A stretch of 64,000 nucleotides of DNA from Chiloscyllium plagiosum. Lineage: Eukaryota. The notes beneath the pieces are model-generated. The model ran no database searches. It worked only from the letters and a program-made list of their open reading frames with translations, and was not told where the DNA came from. Position numbers and translations under genes: made by a program. Below are positions 36,760-49,488 of the stretch, one piece after another (within the stretch, counting starts at the first letter, position 1; every line of letters starts with the position of its first letter). The DNA lies in the NCBI RefSeq assembly GCF_004010195.1, contig NC_057758.1, positions 1,672,490 to 1,736,489 on the forward strand, read 5' to 3'.

Positions 36760-39060
36760 GATTGGGTGGGGGGAGAGTAAACAATCTTTGGATGGAGAGC
36801 GAAAAAACATTTGAACAAATGAAGGAGTGGTTAATAATCAGATCGTGAAAAGTATTAGCTGTTAATGTGGTCTACTGGTGGCTACCAATCGATATTGAGT
36901 GGTAGCAGCCCATGTGATGAAACTTTCTGGTGTGTGGAGTTGGGAAAATGCATTTGGAGAGGCGATCATGCCCGAAAAGTGTTGAACTAGACATTATATT
37001 ATAAAAGCAGCAGAGTTCCCATAAGGAGAATAGGGTGCAGTTATTCCAGTTCCCAGTGGTTTTCGTTCGGAGTACTCAGAGATGTTGGGTGGGCAACTCA
37101 TTTGTATATTGAAATGACTAATAACCGAAAAGTAAGGGCCATTTTTGCCGGTAGACGATACGTGTTTTGTGGTCAACAGGTCTGTGCTTCCTTTCTCCAA
37201 AGTCGAGGAGACCACATTTTGAGCAGGGAATACAGTAGACGAGATTCAGTTAAATGCAGGCCAAGCGCTGCTAGCCCTGGAAGGTATGCGTGTGGCCTTG
37301 GATGACCGGAGGAAGGAGGATGCAAATGGTCAGGTGTTACACCTTTCGTGTGTCTGTGAGAAAGTGTTGGGAATGAAGGAGGAGTGTATCAGGGTGTCCA
37401 AGAGGTACCGGTCCTTGCTGATAAACGTTTCTGGTGGTGGCATACCGCTGGAGGGGTTGGAAATGGTGGTGAATGATGCTCTGAATGTGGATATTGGTGG
37501 GATATTAGGGGAAACACATCGTGGTTTGGAACGGAGGATGACGTAACAGGCAGAATTGCGGAAACTTTGGTAGAATCTGGCTGAAGGCTCTGTCAAGTAC
37601 AGAGTGGAAATAACGCGCTGGAGAAAAAGACGTGCTCACTTAGGAGATGCCCTTATCGAGGTTGGCATCATCCTAGCGTATGCGATCGCTGGAGGAGCTG
37701 GGAAAACGGAATATAGCCTTTATAGGCACCAGAGTGTGAGGATGTCTGATAGCAATAGCTGTGGGAGTCAGTGGGTAAGCAGTAGATATTGGTAGTTGGC
37801 CTTTCTGCGTAAATGGAAACAGAGAGACATTGAATAACAGAAGGAACAACTGAGAAGTGGACTGGTGAGGGTGGAAATAAGATGGAAACTGAAAGTGAAG
37901 TTAATAAACTTTCCTAATTCGGAAAGAGAAAGGGAAGCAGCACCAATGATGTCATCAAATCCCCGATAATTGACTGGTGGCCAGAGTAGACTGAAATATG
38001 GAATGCTCTATGTAGCCGACCAAGCGACATACATTATGGGGGCACATGGGGATACACATGATCTTCCTTCTGATCTGAAGAAAGTGACTTGTTCAATGTG
38101 AGGACAAGCTCGTCTAGACAGCGGAGCAGGATATTGAAAGGTGTGGTTTCTTGCTGAAAAAAGCTGAGAGCCCAATGACCACACCAAACGAGGACATGTA
38201 AAGGTATTATATGTCTCTGGTGAAAAGTCATTTGAACAAATGCATGGACAGGAAAGATGTCAAAGGACATGGGCCAAGTGCAGCAAGATGGGGTTAGCCG
38301 CAATGGATATTTTGTTCCGGATCATACAGTTTGGGCTGAAGGGCCCGTCTGCGTGCTGTAGGACTCGATGGCACGATGACTCTGTGACTGGAGCCCACGA
38401 AAGGAAGTTTCTAAAATTGCCTTAAAGTGTCAGTGGAATCTGGAGTGTAAGTGCGAAAGGACTAGAGCAGGGAAGAAAAAATTGTGTCGAGATTGAGAAA
38501 GATGAATACTGTGGGGCATTGGCAGACAGAAACAATAGGTTAGCCGGGGAAGTGATGTTTGTAAGATTTTGTAAGGAGTTGGCAGCAGTTGTCACCGACG
38601 TGGGAGACTATGAGCTTGGAGGCAGGAAAAGGGACATCCAGAAACGAAAAATCGTAGAAATCGATATGGACTCAATAGCCTGATATTCCATGGTAGTGCA
38701 ATGGTTCAGGTGGAGATGGGATGAGTTATTTGACAGCTGCTGTTCAGACTCGAGAAAGTAGAGATCCGTCCCCGGGGCGATAACAGCACCAGCCTGGCCG
38801 GCAGACTTAAATACAAAGTCAGGTTTGTGTGTGAGAGCAGAGAGTACATTCAGTTCAGAGGAAGATAGGTTTCAATAGGTAAGGAGGGGTAGTAAATTGA
38901 GGAGACCAATTTCATGTCGACAGTTCACAACAAACAGGTCGAGTGTTAGTTAATGTCCGAAGGAGGGATCCAGGTGGAGAGAGAGTATTGGAAGTGGGGG
39001 AAGATTTCTGAGGGACGGGGAAAGTTTCTTCACAAAACAAAAGGTCAGGGAGGCGAATTG
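36760..39060 (-). mobile_element. Old degenerate PLE ORF (RT + GIY-YIG), with a CR1 tail inserted at about 38237-38385
   Basis: Minus strand LVGYIEHSIFQS and YRGFDDIIGAA (PLE RT YIDD-like motif), RCNT before a decayed GIY-YIG. Confidence 0.7.
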
Positions 39061-40160
39061 GTACATTAGGATTCATTGAAGACGATGGCATGGAAGAAAA
39101 CAAAGCCTGAGCATATACAATTTTCCTGAACTGTTTTGCAGAAACTATCAGTGGTAATTCAAATGATGGAGATGAACCAGATAGGAAGATGCAGAAGAAA
39201 TGCAATCACGGGGAGAAAAAGCCTGACGAAAAGGGTATGTAAACAAACACAAGCACCACTGTCGTTTTTGGAACTCATGTCATTTTAAGAATAAAATGTT
39301 GTGGTAAGATTTAAAAACGTGGGATCTGTTCAGAAACATTTTATTCTTGCCTTTCATCATCGTGATGACGAGTTGTGTCATCTGATTCAAAGACGTTGTC
39401 GAGAGAATAAAGCATTATTATGGATTAAATCATGAGAGATAAAGGAGATGGGGAACCGACTGGTGCATTCAGCTAAATTCCTGTTAGATGAGCTGGATGG
39501 TGTTTGCTATGTGAGAAAATATACATTTTTTAGCAATAACAGCAACAGCTGAAACCTCCCTCAGTAGTATGTTTCTGTGGGTGAAACCACATGACCGTCG
39601 ATATGATTCTCCCAAGACTCTTATCCGACCAAACAGGCTGTGAGATAACATCAACTTGCCAAATGTGTACTTCATGCATGCGTGTGATTTTCTGACGAAT
39701 AGAATGGCCTACTGCAGGAGGACACACATTCACAAAGCAGAAGCGTCAGTGAAAAATCTTAGAGTGTTACAGCATTGCAAAACAAGCCAGAATAACTGTG
39801 CATTCAATGCACGGGAAAATGGAGCCTGGAAAACTGCATTGAACAGGCAATGTGATAGCTGAGATTGGGAGACAATGATGATGTAAATTGCAAATTAAAA
39901 TATCAGGATACATTCAATAATCCATTAAGAGTGATTGTAAGCTTTTCGGTCTTGAGCAATTATTAGAGGGGGTGACACACAGTGCATCTCAAACACTCAG
40001 TTACTATCGGTTGACAGGGAGAAAATATATCAGTGAAAGGGTCAGTGAAGATACACAAAGTGATACTGATGCACAGGACAAGACAATAAAATCAAAAGAA
40101 CAGCTGCCTGAAACTGTGCATTCAGTGAACAAAGACATCCGTCAGTATTTTAAAACGAAT

Positions 40161-41445
40161 AGAATTATGGTCGCTGGCCCCAAAGTGCCCCCCCCCCCAC
40201 TGACAACTCAGTCACCTGTCCTGCCTTATTTCCTAAGATTAGATCACGTTTTGCACCTTCTCTCGTAGGTATATCCACATATTGAATCAGAAAATTGTCT
40301 TCTACACATTTAAGAAATTCCTCTCCATCTAAACCTTCAACACTGGCAATCACAGTCGACGTTTGGAAAGTTAAAGTCCACTAGCCATTTAGATACAGAA
40401 CTGGCTCAAAGATAGAAGACAGAGGGTGGTGGTGGAGAGTTGTTTTTTGGGCTGGAGGCCTGTGTAGCAGAGTGCTACAAGGATCGGTGCTGGGCCCTCT
40501 AATTTTTGTCATTTACAAAATGAATGCGAGCATAAAAGGTAAAGTTAGTAAGTTTGCAGATGACACCAAAATTGGAGGTGTAGTGGACAGCGAAGAGGGT
40601 TACCTCAGATTACAACAGGATCTGGACCAGATGGGCCATTGGGCAGAGAAGTGGCAGATGGAGTTTAATTCAGAAAAATGCGAGGTGCTGCATTATCAGG
40701 ATTTATACACTTGATGATAAGTTCCTAGGGAGTGTTGCTGAATAAAGAGACCTTGGAGTGCAGGTTTATAGCTCCTTGAAAGTGGAGTCGCAGGATAGGA
40801 TAGTGAAGAAGGCGTTTGGTATGCTTTCCTTTATTGGTCAGAGTATTGAGTACAGGGGTTGGGAGGTCATGGTGCGGCTGTACAGGACATTGATTAGGCC
40901 AATGTTGGAATATTGCATGCAATTCTGGTCTCCTTCCTATTGGAAAGATGTTGTGAAACTTGAAAGGATTCAGAAAAGATTTACAAGGATGTTGCCAGGG
41001 TTGGAGGATCTGAGCTACAGGGAGAGGCTGAACAGGCTGGGGCTGTTTTCCCTGGAGCGTCGGAGGCTGAGGGGTGACCTTTTAGAGGTTTACAAAATTA
41101 TGAGGGGCATGGATAGGATACATAGACAAAGTCTTTTCCCTAGGGTCGGGGAGTCCAGAACGAGAGGGCATAGGTTTAGGGTGAGAGGGGAATGATATAA
41201 AAGAGACCTAACGGGTAACTGTTTCACGCAGAGGGTGGGACGTGTATGGAATGAGCTGTCAGAGGATGTAGTGGAGGCTGGTACAATTGCAACCTTGAAG
41301 AGGCATTTGGATGGGTATATGAATAGGAAGGGTCTGGAGGGTTATGGGCCGGGCGCTGGCCCATTGGGTTGGGATATCTGGTCGGCATGGACGAGTTGGA
41401 CCGAAGGATCTCTTTCCATGCTGTACATCTCTATGACTCTATGAC
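40161..41445 (+). mobile_element. CR1 LINE 3' part (40380-41445) abutting an inverted APE fragment (40161-40379)
   Basis: QGSVLGPLIFVIY..SKFADDTKIGG, YRTLIRPMLEYCMQFWSP; tail ctatgactctatga; minus ORF GLDGEEFLKCVEDNFLIQYVDIPTREGA. Confidence 0.92.
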
Positions 41446-41838
41446 ACCTGTTTGACCGAATGAGTGAAGGGACATGAGCAGATTAGAAGATCTGAGAAAG
41501 AACGATCAAGAAAGTGGGAGAGTCTGAAGGTCCAAGAGATGGAAGAGCTTAGATATCTCAGAGGACATTAGCTTGATGGAGATTGCGGAGGTATGAGAAG
41601 CTATCAGTTGGATTTGCGGCCCCAGAAGTTAGCAAGAAATTGTGACTGGCAAATTCATATGAGATAAAATCCCACTGCCATTTCATTAGATTTAAAGGAA
41701 AACTTTTGTCTTTTGAATTTCTTCATTCATTCAATCTGCTGTCACAGAAAATCAACAACCTTTTTGATTATATTTATTAAATAACAGCCACCAGTGTGAG
41801 TAATGTAAATGACTGATTCCCTGAAGATTTGATGCATG

Positions 41839-41846
41839 TATAAATA
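41839..41846 (+). promoter_or_regulatory. Candidate TATA box
   Basis: TATAAATA about 80 nt upstream of the GPCR ATG at 41924. Confidence 0.35.
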
Positions 41847-41923
41847 TAGATTCCTTCAGCTGCCTCGGACTTAGTTCCTCAGTGCAAATCAGCTCCTACA
41901 GAAATCACCAATTGTCACTCAAA

Positions 41924-43340
41924 ATGTGGAAGCCTGCAATTCTGCTGCTGAAAGAGATTTTCTACCCGACACTTGCATTTTTTGCTATTCCCGGTGAGTT
42001 GATTCATTTTGTTACGACTTTTCTTTTCCCAATCAAACCTGTTCAGACACGTTTTGCACACTTTTGGAGCAAGTAAGTCAGGGATAGGGACATGATCACT
42101 ATGTGACAAGAGGGCCTCCAGAATCGTTATAATTACTTTGTGTTTATCCCTGTTATCTCTCTGAGTGTTTAGACATTGAGTCAAGTAAACAATCTTTTGT
42201 CGTGTCAACTTTTCATAATAACGAATTTTAATAACTAGTTGAACAACCTTGCATTTTACGTTCTGCTTTTGCTTCATCTTGCTGGTGTGATAGTAATGTT
42301 CTGTAATGATCCCGTGTATTTTTTTGGACTCCCTTGTTCTCTCGTACACGCTTATCTCAGCGCAAGTTGAATGCATACTTTTTTATATTGTTGTTCATTT
42401 GAAATAGATGCACAGTATTATATTTCATTTGAATCAAAACATTGCTACATTAATCACTGCTGATTTTCTGTCTTATAGCGAACTTGGCCACAGTTTGGAT
42501 TCTTTCACAAAAAAAGTGTGGCCTTTCCAAGTGTATCACTATTTATATGTTGGCCATGGCAATCACAGATCTCCTGGTCCTATTCAACAATGTAATACTC
42601 TATTACATCTTCATTTATCACTTTCCTTTGTCATTCCTGTCCTATACGCCTCTGTGCAAAATCATCATGTACATGAATGCTGTCACTCCAGATTTATCTG
42701 TTTGGTGTATTGTCACCTTCACATTTGACCGATTTGTCGTGATCTGCTGCCAGAACTTTCAAAGAAAGTATTGCACCCAAAGAACTGCAATCACTTTACT
42801 AATAACCATCACGACTGTGATCGTATTGAAGGAAATTCCAGTTTTGTTTGCTTATGAACCTGAGAAAACAATTAACAAAGTGCAGTGGGGCTGCCAGTTG
42901 AGTGCAGCTTTTTTCTCGTCTTCTGCTGGCATAGGTTATGTCTGGTTTTACACCGCGTGGGTCATTTGGCTTCCCTTTACTCTGATTGTCTTTTTTAATT
43001 CATTAACTATCCAACGTATTGTGGTGGCAAATAGAAACCGCACTGGACTCTGCAGCTCCAAGAATGAAAGTGATTCGGAAATTATTGATTCTCTATATCA
43101 ATAAGTTTTCTCTTGCTCTGGTTAACAATTGCCGTCAGTTTAGGTGTTACCAGACTAACAAACACCGTTTATTACAAAGGCAAGTACACAAACCCTGAGT
43201 TCATTGCTATTGAAGTGGGAGATGCCTTGAAGGTTTTGAATTGCTTTCTAAACCCTTGTATTTATGCAGCGACCCAGAGCAAATTCAGAGCAGAGCTGAA
43301 GAATATCGCACAATCTCCATGGATGTTAATTCGGAGATAA
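41924..43340 (+). pseudogene. GPR139/GPR142-like class A GPCR, two exons (41924-41993, 42479-43340), one deletion/frameshift near 43080-43090
   Basis: Exon 1 MWKPAILLLKEIFYPTLAFFAIP + G|GTGAGT; acceptor tcttatAG|CG keeps frame: ANLATVWILSQKKCGLSKCITIYMLAMAITDLL..TFDRFVVICC..LPFTLIVFFN; stop at 43104; TM6-TM7 (FSISISFLLLWLT..LNPCIYAATQSKFRAELK) continue in another frame. Confidence 0.9.
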
Positions 43341-43984
43341 GTTCAACAGAAGTCTGTAACATGAATTCAGCCCTTCAAATGGTGCTGCTCAATAAGGTTT
43401 TCGTTTCACATCTTTCTCCCACAGAAAACATCATTGTCTCTTCTTAGAAAAAAATCTGCATTTACATACCTTGGATTTTTCATAGCACCTTTTATGGCAG
43501 TAGTGTTTTCCGTTTCCCCATTTCTTTGTTGAGAATAGACAACCTACTCCACGAAAGCCAGCAAATCCTGCCTTCAGATACCTTAGATAACGTAATGATT
43601 ATGGAGTTGAGCATTCATATTAACAACAAAGGATTCCATTGCAGCCACTGAGATCGACGACATCTATTTGAAATCATTAATCAATAGTTCTAAGCAATGG
43701 TCCGATATTTTGATATATCTTGTTTACTCTCTCGACATTGAATAAGAATATTCCAAGACGTGGGCATATTATGGGATAGAACTCACCAATGAGAAGTTTC
43801 ACAAAACTCTTTGCACACAATTCCTTTGGAGGTAATAGACTACACGCATTCCATAGATGTCACACCTGACTTCTTCAGTTTTACATTTCTTACAATTGGA
43901 GTATCACATCCATTGAAATAGCAGCCTATTTGCAATCATGAATAGTACAGAGGCGTTCTCGGTTAATTTACGAAAATATAATAT

Positions 43985-44070
43985 CTGAGAAGAACTCAGC
44001 ATGTCTCGCAGCATCTGCGAAGAGAAGAAACACAGTTATCATTTCGAGTCACAGTGACCCTTCTTCCGAA
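43985..44070 (-). mobile_element. PLE pseudo-LTR fragment (family C), hammerhead core mutated
   Basis: Minus strand tt-CGGAAGA-a-gggtcac(t)gtgactc-GAAA-tgataac. Confidence 0.65.
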
Positions 44071-44924
44071 AGGTTCAGTAACTGTATTACGTTTTCTCTA
44101 CATCTGTTGTGAAATAAACGACGAATAATGCTGTAAATTAATGTTTGCATAATGTTAGTATCAGGTCTGTTTTGTGTGAGTTAACGGCAATCCGAAAGAA
44201 ACATCAGCAGAAATTCTGATAAAACCAAATCGATTCAAATTATTTGCTAATACAAAACAGAAAGTACTAGAAGAACTCATTACTTCTTTCAGAACTGATG
44301 GAGAGATAAACAAATAATGATTTCAGACAAATTACTTTCCTTTAATTGATTTCCAGCTGAAGATTTTCACGCTCTGCGAAACAAAAAAGAAAGCAAAGTT
44401 ATCGTCGATTGAGGCACTTTCTAACTCGTTGAAATCAGAACACTAATGCTCACAGGGGAGTAAAAATCCACATTCTACCGAGGAGAGAGATAAATCTGGA
44501 GGTTGCATTTGTCTGTATTAATTTTGTCTGGCTCTCTCTGCAACGAACGACTTAAAACTGAGTGTAGGTCTAACAGAGTTCTTAAAAGTTGGAAAAGTTT
44601 CGAAGAGTGAAATGTGATTAGTTCTCCTCTTACCACAGTAATAAAATGCTGGCGGATGTACGAATTAACAAAAGAAAATCATCAAACAATTTGGGAAAGA
44701 ATCGAATTCAGCAGAAACGTTAATGCATAAATGTTTATGCATTGTGAACTATTGCGCCACAAAATGCTTACAAAATACTAGCATGGTAAAGCGAATGTAG
44801 GTTTGAACAGAGTTATATAGTCATTAGTTCATTAACGGCGATTGAAATCTACAAATGTTCTCCATGGTGAAATTCAGCGAGTCTCATTATCTCGCATTTC
44901 ATAAAATCATTTCACAGAATGCAC

Positions 44925-45115
44925 ATGCCAATGGCTGGACAAGCACGTTTATTTACATTTCAAAGGAGGGCATTTAAGAGTCAACCACGTTGCTGTGGTT
45001 CTAGATTCAAAGTGAGGACGGCACTGATCTTCCCTCAAAGATTACAGTGAATCACAGGTGGAACGATGGTTCTTATTTCTTGATTTTTCCCCATTTATCT
45101 CATTGACTTCAAATT
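44925..45115 (-). mobile_element. Old shark SINE fragment (same family as 7230-7512)
   Basis: gggcatttaagagtcaaccacgttgctgtggttctagattca. Confidence 0.6.
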
Positions 45116-45904
45116 CCCCAAACAAACTTGTGCTGGAAAAGCGTCAGTAAATTTGAAACGTTAAGATCTCTCCACAGATGCTGTCAAACCGGTTGAAGTT
45201 TCATAGCGTTATCTGTTTTCCAGTGTTCCAGTTTTGTGCTTGCATCGCACTCTTGTATGTTCAGTTGCACACCTTTACTATTCTGGTCATGAATGCCGTT
45301 CTTAATCATATGCTTCAGAAGTATATACTGTTATCAATTACAATAACCAATATGTAATTGAGGATAGATCGAGCAAGCAACTTCTCACAGGCAGTACGTT
45401 TCTAAGAAATGACATGGTATCGGTTTGTTAGTTTCTAAACTACCCTCATCTGCTTCGAGATCATTTATACAAATCATTTGGAAGCAAGGTAATCACGAAT
45501 ACTGCAGCAATTCCGAATAGATGTTACATGCGGAAAATTCATATTTATTTATATGTAGCCAGAAATGCTGTTACATCTGTGCATAGTTTTAATTTTAATT
45601 CTATCTTGCTCGCTCTTGTTACCTTTTAGTATCTGTTATATCATTGGCTGTTTTCTCAGATCGAGAGACATGTACGGATAATTCTGCCAGGAGATGCTGG
45701 CTCATACACCAATGAATTGGATTTGTTGAATAAAGCTTCAATCGTGAATGTGTAAATGAACTGATAGACGCCGAGAAGCATTATACATGATCATGATTAT
45801 TTAGAGAATGCCATATGAGAGAGTGGTAGACCTAAAATCTAAATGAGCCAGAGTTTGGAAGTGTGTTCAGTCACTTTCAGTATCCCAAATCGAATGGACA
45901 AGTG

Positions 45905-46563
45905 GCGAACCTGCTTTGCTTATGTGAGATGTAAATCAGTATTAATTGTTCTCGGGTCTGGGTCACAATTCAGTTCCTTCAATACATTTTCACCCCGATT
46001 CTTTCACTCATCCTGAATTTACTGTTTAATTATTTCACCTTCACACACATGATTTACTTAAAAATCGCACGACATCTTTTTACAGTTCAATTTCATTTGG
46101 AAGTACAAGCTTTTTGAGCGTTGCTCCTTCGTTAGGTAACCTGTTAGTGTATAATATGGTGTACTGTGTTGTTTAACTTTGTCAACCCCAGTCCAACACC
46201 TTCAACTCCACATCATATCTGACATTCTTTCGTGGCCAGTGAAGCCTACAGGAGACTCTGGTGTCGCTGAAATGGGAAGAATCAGAAAGACAATGTCAAG
46301 AAAAGTAACCTTCATCTCTTTGTTTGTGACCTCAGTCAATTTTATCCTGTCATGGTGAATGTTACTTTTCAATTCTGTCTGTATGTATCAGTCCACGGAT
46401 GTTAGATACTTTGTGCCAAAATCGGTCTTCAGGATGCAGATCCTGATTTGCTGCACAGATTCCTTTAAATATGCAATGTCCCAGATTAATTTTACGCAGC
46501 AACTCAAGAATGTCCTGAAATATCTATTTACCAAAATAATCAATTAATCAAATTCACGACTTA
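45905..46563 (+). pseudogene. GPR139/GPR142-like GPCR relic (TM5 to C-terminus), split by a PLE insertion
   Basis: WVTIQFLQYIFTPILSLILNLLFN / insertion / HSFVASEAYRRL..NGKNQKD, SLFVTSVNFILSW, MQILICCTDSFKYAMSQINFTQQLKNVLKYLF; collinear with the 3' half of 42479-43340. Confidence 0.75.
46057..46216. mobile_element. Hairpin PLE derivative (family B), degenerate
   Basis: ttaaaaatcgcacgaca...gctttttgagcgttgctccttcg...ccccagtccaacacc; homologous to 50600-50805. Confidence 0.75.
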
Positions 46564-48084
46564 AGCAATCGATGAGGATTTTCTCATTTTAATTCAAAGT
46601 TGCTCATTAAAAGAGAAAACCTGTCACATTGGCAACAGAGTGAGGGTTGTGCTGGCTTGTTCACCTGCAACACACTGGTTATGGGGCACATTTAATGTTT
46701 CTGCACTCCGGTGACAAGGGAAGAACTTCAAACACTCTGCATATTCTTCAATTCGTATTCAATAAATTTGTTTGTTAAAAAGTGCCAAGTAGTAAAGCTA
46801 ACTGATCGTTTCATCTCATTGCGTAAGATGCTGAACAGGGGACAGACAGACGCCGTCCGAAGAGTTCGTCCTCAGGGAAGGGCAGAGGAACGGATACAAA
46901 GAAAGGTGTTGCATTGAAATAGCAGACCGTCCTTTATTTCACCTTTGAAAATAAACATTCCCACTTCATATTGCACTCCCACGCATTGACCCACTCATAC
47001 TGAAAATCTCTTTCTTTCTGTCTCTCTCCTCCTTCACCGATGGATTTTCCATTTCTTCACTCGCTTTATGGCCACTTTCTCTGACGCACTATCTGCCTCC
47101 TGGTATCTCTCAGTTTTTATAGCTTTTCTACTCTTCAAAATGTTTACACTCCCTCTTCACCTCTTTCACTTGGTCCATTGTGTCTCGGCTTCCTTCTTTT
47201 CTCTCCATGTTTTTTCTGCTGTCCAACCACCCTTTGTCTTACTTTCACTCCAGTCCTGATACCCTCTTTTGCATTTTTATACTTCTGCAGCTGGTCATGG
47301 TATTTCTATTTGTGATGACTTTCCTCGCAATCCACGACAATGCCTGTTTTAGTGTAATCTGCAAGCTTACTTATAATGCCCTGTGCATTCTCATGTAAAT
47401 AATTAATATAGGTAACAATATCGTCATTTCTGTTACTCCCTTTCCATTGGTTCTTCTTCTTGTTCTCATTCTCCCTGTCTTCTTATCTCCCTCACTCCCT
47501 ACCGCTTGCTTTCCCTCAATCATACAGAGACATTCCTAACAACACTGTGGTTTTGGAAACAGCTCTGCCAACTCGGTTCTGTTTCTTCAGGGAACCAGGT
47601 GGGTATATGGCACCGATTCCTCTGATTCTGTCAAGTCGATCTCATTGATCCGTCACTAAGCCAGGGTATGGATCAATCTCCCATCATATCGGTGAGAAGA
47701 TGGAAACATGGAAATAAGTTCATGATGGGCAGACGTCGATGGAAGTCTTCACAGTTTTTTTTCTAATTTGGAGGCAGGGTGGGTGAGTGAGAATCCTGTG
47801 TTTCTCTGGTCCTTCGTACAATTTTATTCTATAATAAGTTGATTTATTAACATTCTGACTCGGACACTAGGCATTGTCATTCAAATAATTTGACAAAAAT
47901 GAACTGTTGGCAGAACACAACAGGAAAATAACGTGAATTATTTCTTTATGGTAGCAAATAGATACTGGGAGATCAGAAACAAGAATTTATAAACAGTGGA
48001 TGATCAAACTGACATTTGATTCTTTTAAATAAGCCAAATTCCACCATCTACACTGATAGGAATCAATATTTCTTGAGTTTCTGG

Positions 48085-49140
48085 ATAAATAAGAGTCTGA
48101 CAGCAGTAAGCAGAGATGAAATAACTGAAGGATCATCCAATTAGGCAATCTGGCTGGAACTACGAAATCGAAAGGGGATAGTAAAGTTATTGGGGTTGTA
48201 TTCCAGACCCCAAATAGTCGCCAGGAATTAGGTGATCAAATATGAAGGATGATTGGGAGATTGGCACGAACAATAGACTTGTCATAGTTAGGACTTTAAA
48301 TTTTCTGACAGAGGCTGGGACTGCCATAAATTCAAGGGCTTAGGTGAGATTAAATTTGCTAAGTGCTTTCAGGAAAGTTTCTTCAAGCATTAGAAAGGGG
48401 GCCGTTTCAGGAAGAGGAAAAACTCGATCTATTATTGGGAAAACAAAGCAGGACAAATGGCAAAGTTAACAGTTGGGGTATACTTTGGGACCAGTGACCA
48501 TAGTTCTATTAATTTTGAAATCATTATGGAGAGGTACAAAATTGATACAACATTTCAAGTAAAGAACTGGGGCATGGCAAATATTGATGATATTAGACAG
48601 GAGTTTTCAGTCGTTGATTATGGTAGTTTACTTACCAGCAAGGGGACCACTGGCAAGTGGGAAGCCTTTAAAGTGAGGTAAGGTAGAGTTCAAGGTATGA
48701 GGTTATAGGACAGTTTTGGCAGGGATAGGGCAACTTGATTTACAAGAGATATTGAGACATTGAATAGACAAATGAGCGAGGCTTGACTCAGGTATGGGCA
48801 GATTGGATCGAGGAAATTCGTGGAAGCACATGCGGGCAAATAGAGTTTAATGACTACGGAAAGTGGACTTGAGATAGCCTTGGCTGATAAGATTAGGGTG
48901 AATCAAAATACTATCTTTCAATATAACAAAGGAAAAGGAATAACGAGAGATAGAATAGAATCCCTTAATGAGTAAAATGGACATGTACATGTGGAACCGC
49001 AGGAAATGGGAGAGGGCCTCAGTAAATTTTTCACTTCTGTGTTTATCATGGAGAAAGACATGAAGACTTGGGAACTTGGGAATTTAGTGGCGATATCTTG
49101 GTGACAATTGTTACCACAGTAGAGATTTTCTTGGATGTAT
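48085..49140 (+). mobile_element. Old CR1 ORF2 (APE-linker) fragment
   Basis: VGVYFGTSDHSSINFEIIME, GKWEAFK. Confidence 0.8.
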
Positions 49141-49154
49141 TATGTATGAATACA

Positions 49155-49356
49155 TCAGTAAGATTAGGGAGGGTGGTAAAAAAATGAGGGGGGGGGGTGG
49201 CGTTGCTAATTAGAAATGGTATAACGGCTGCGGAAAGGCAGTTCGAGGGGATCTGCCTTTGGAGGTAGTATGGGCTGAAGTCAGAAATAGGAAAGGTGCA
49301 GTCACCATGTTGGGTGTTTACTATCGGCCCCCCAATAGCAGCAGAGATGTGGAGAT
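49155..49356 (+). mobile_element. Isolated, little-decayed CR1 APE fragment
   Basis: GGGVALLIR..EVVWAEVRNRKGAVTMLGVYYRPPNSSRDVE. Confidence 0.8.
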
Positions 49357-49366
49357 AAAGTGATAC

Positions 49367-49488
49367 CTGGGCTATGGTGTCACAATGGTAGTGTCCCTAA
49401 CACTGGGCTAGGAGATCCAGTTCAAGTCCCATTTGCTCCATAAGGGGTGTCCTAAAATCTTGAACAGATTGATTAGAAAATATTTATG
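49367..49488 (+). mobile_element. Short (about 120 bp) tRNA-derived SINE
   Basis: A-box-like tggtgtcacaatggtag, B-box-like gttcaagtccc; 9-bp TSD aagtgatac at 49358-49366 and 49489-49497. Confidence 0.7.

Noticed and set aside
44722..44743. 10-bp perfect inverted repeat aatgcataaa/tttatgcatt
   Set aside because: Short, AT-rich and isolated; no associated structure
47000..47520. Hydrophobic ORFs suggesting another membrane protein
   Set aside because: Products of CT-rich low-complexity DNA with no GPCR motifs
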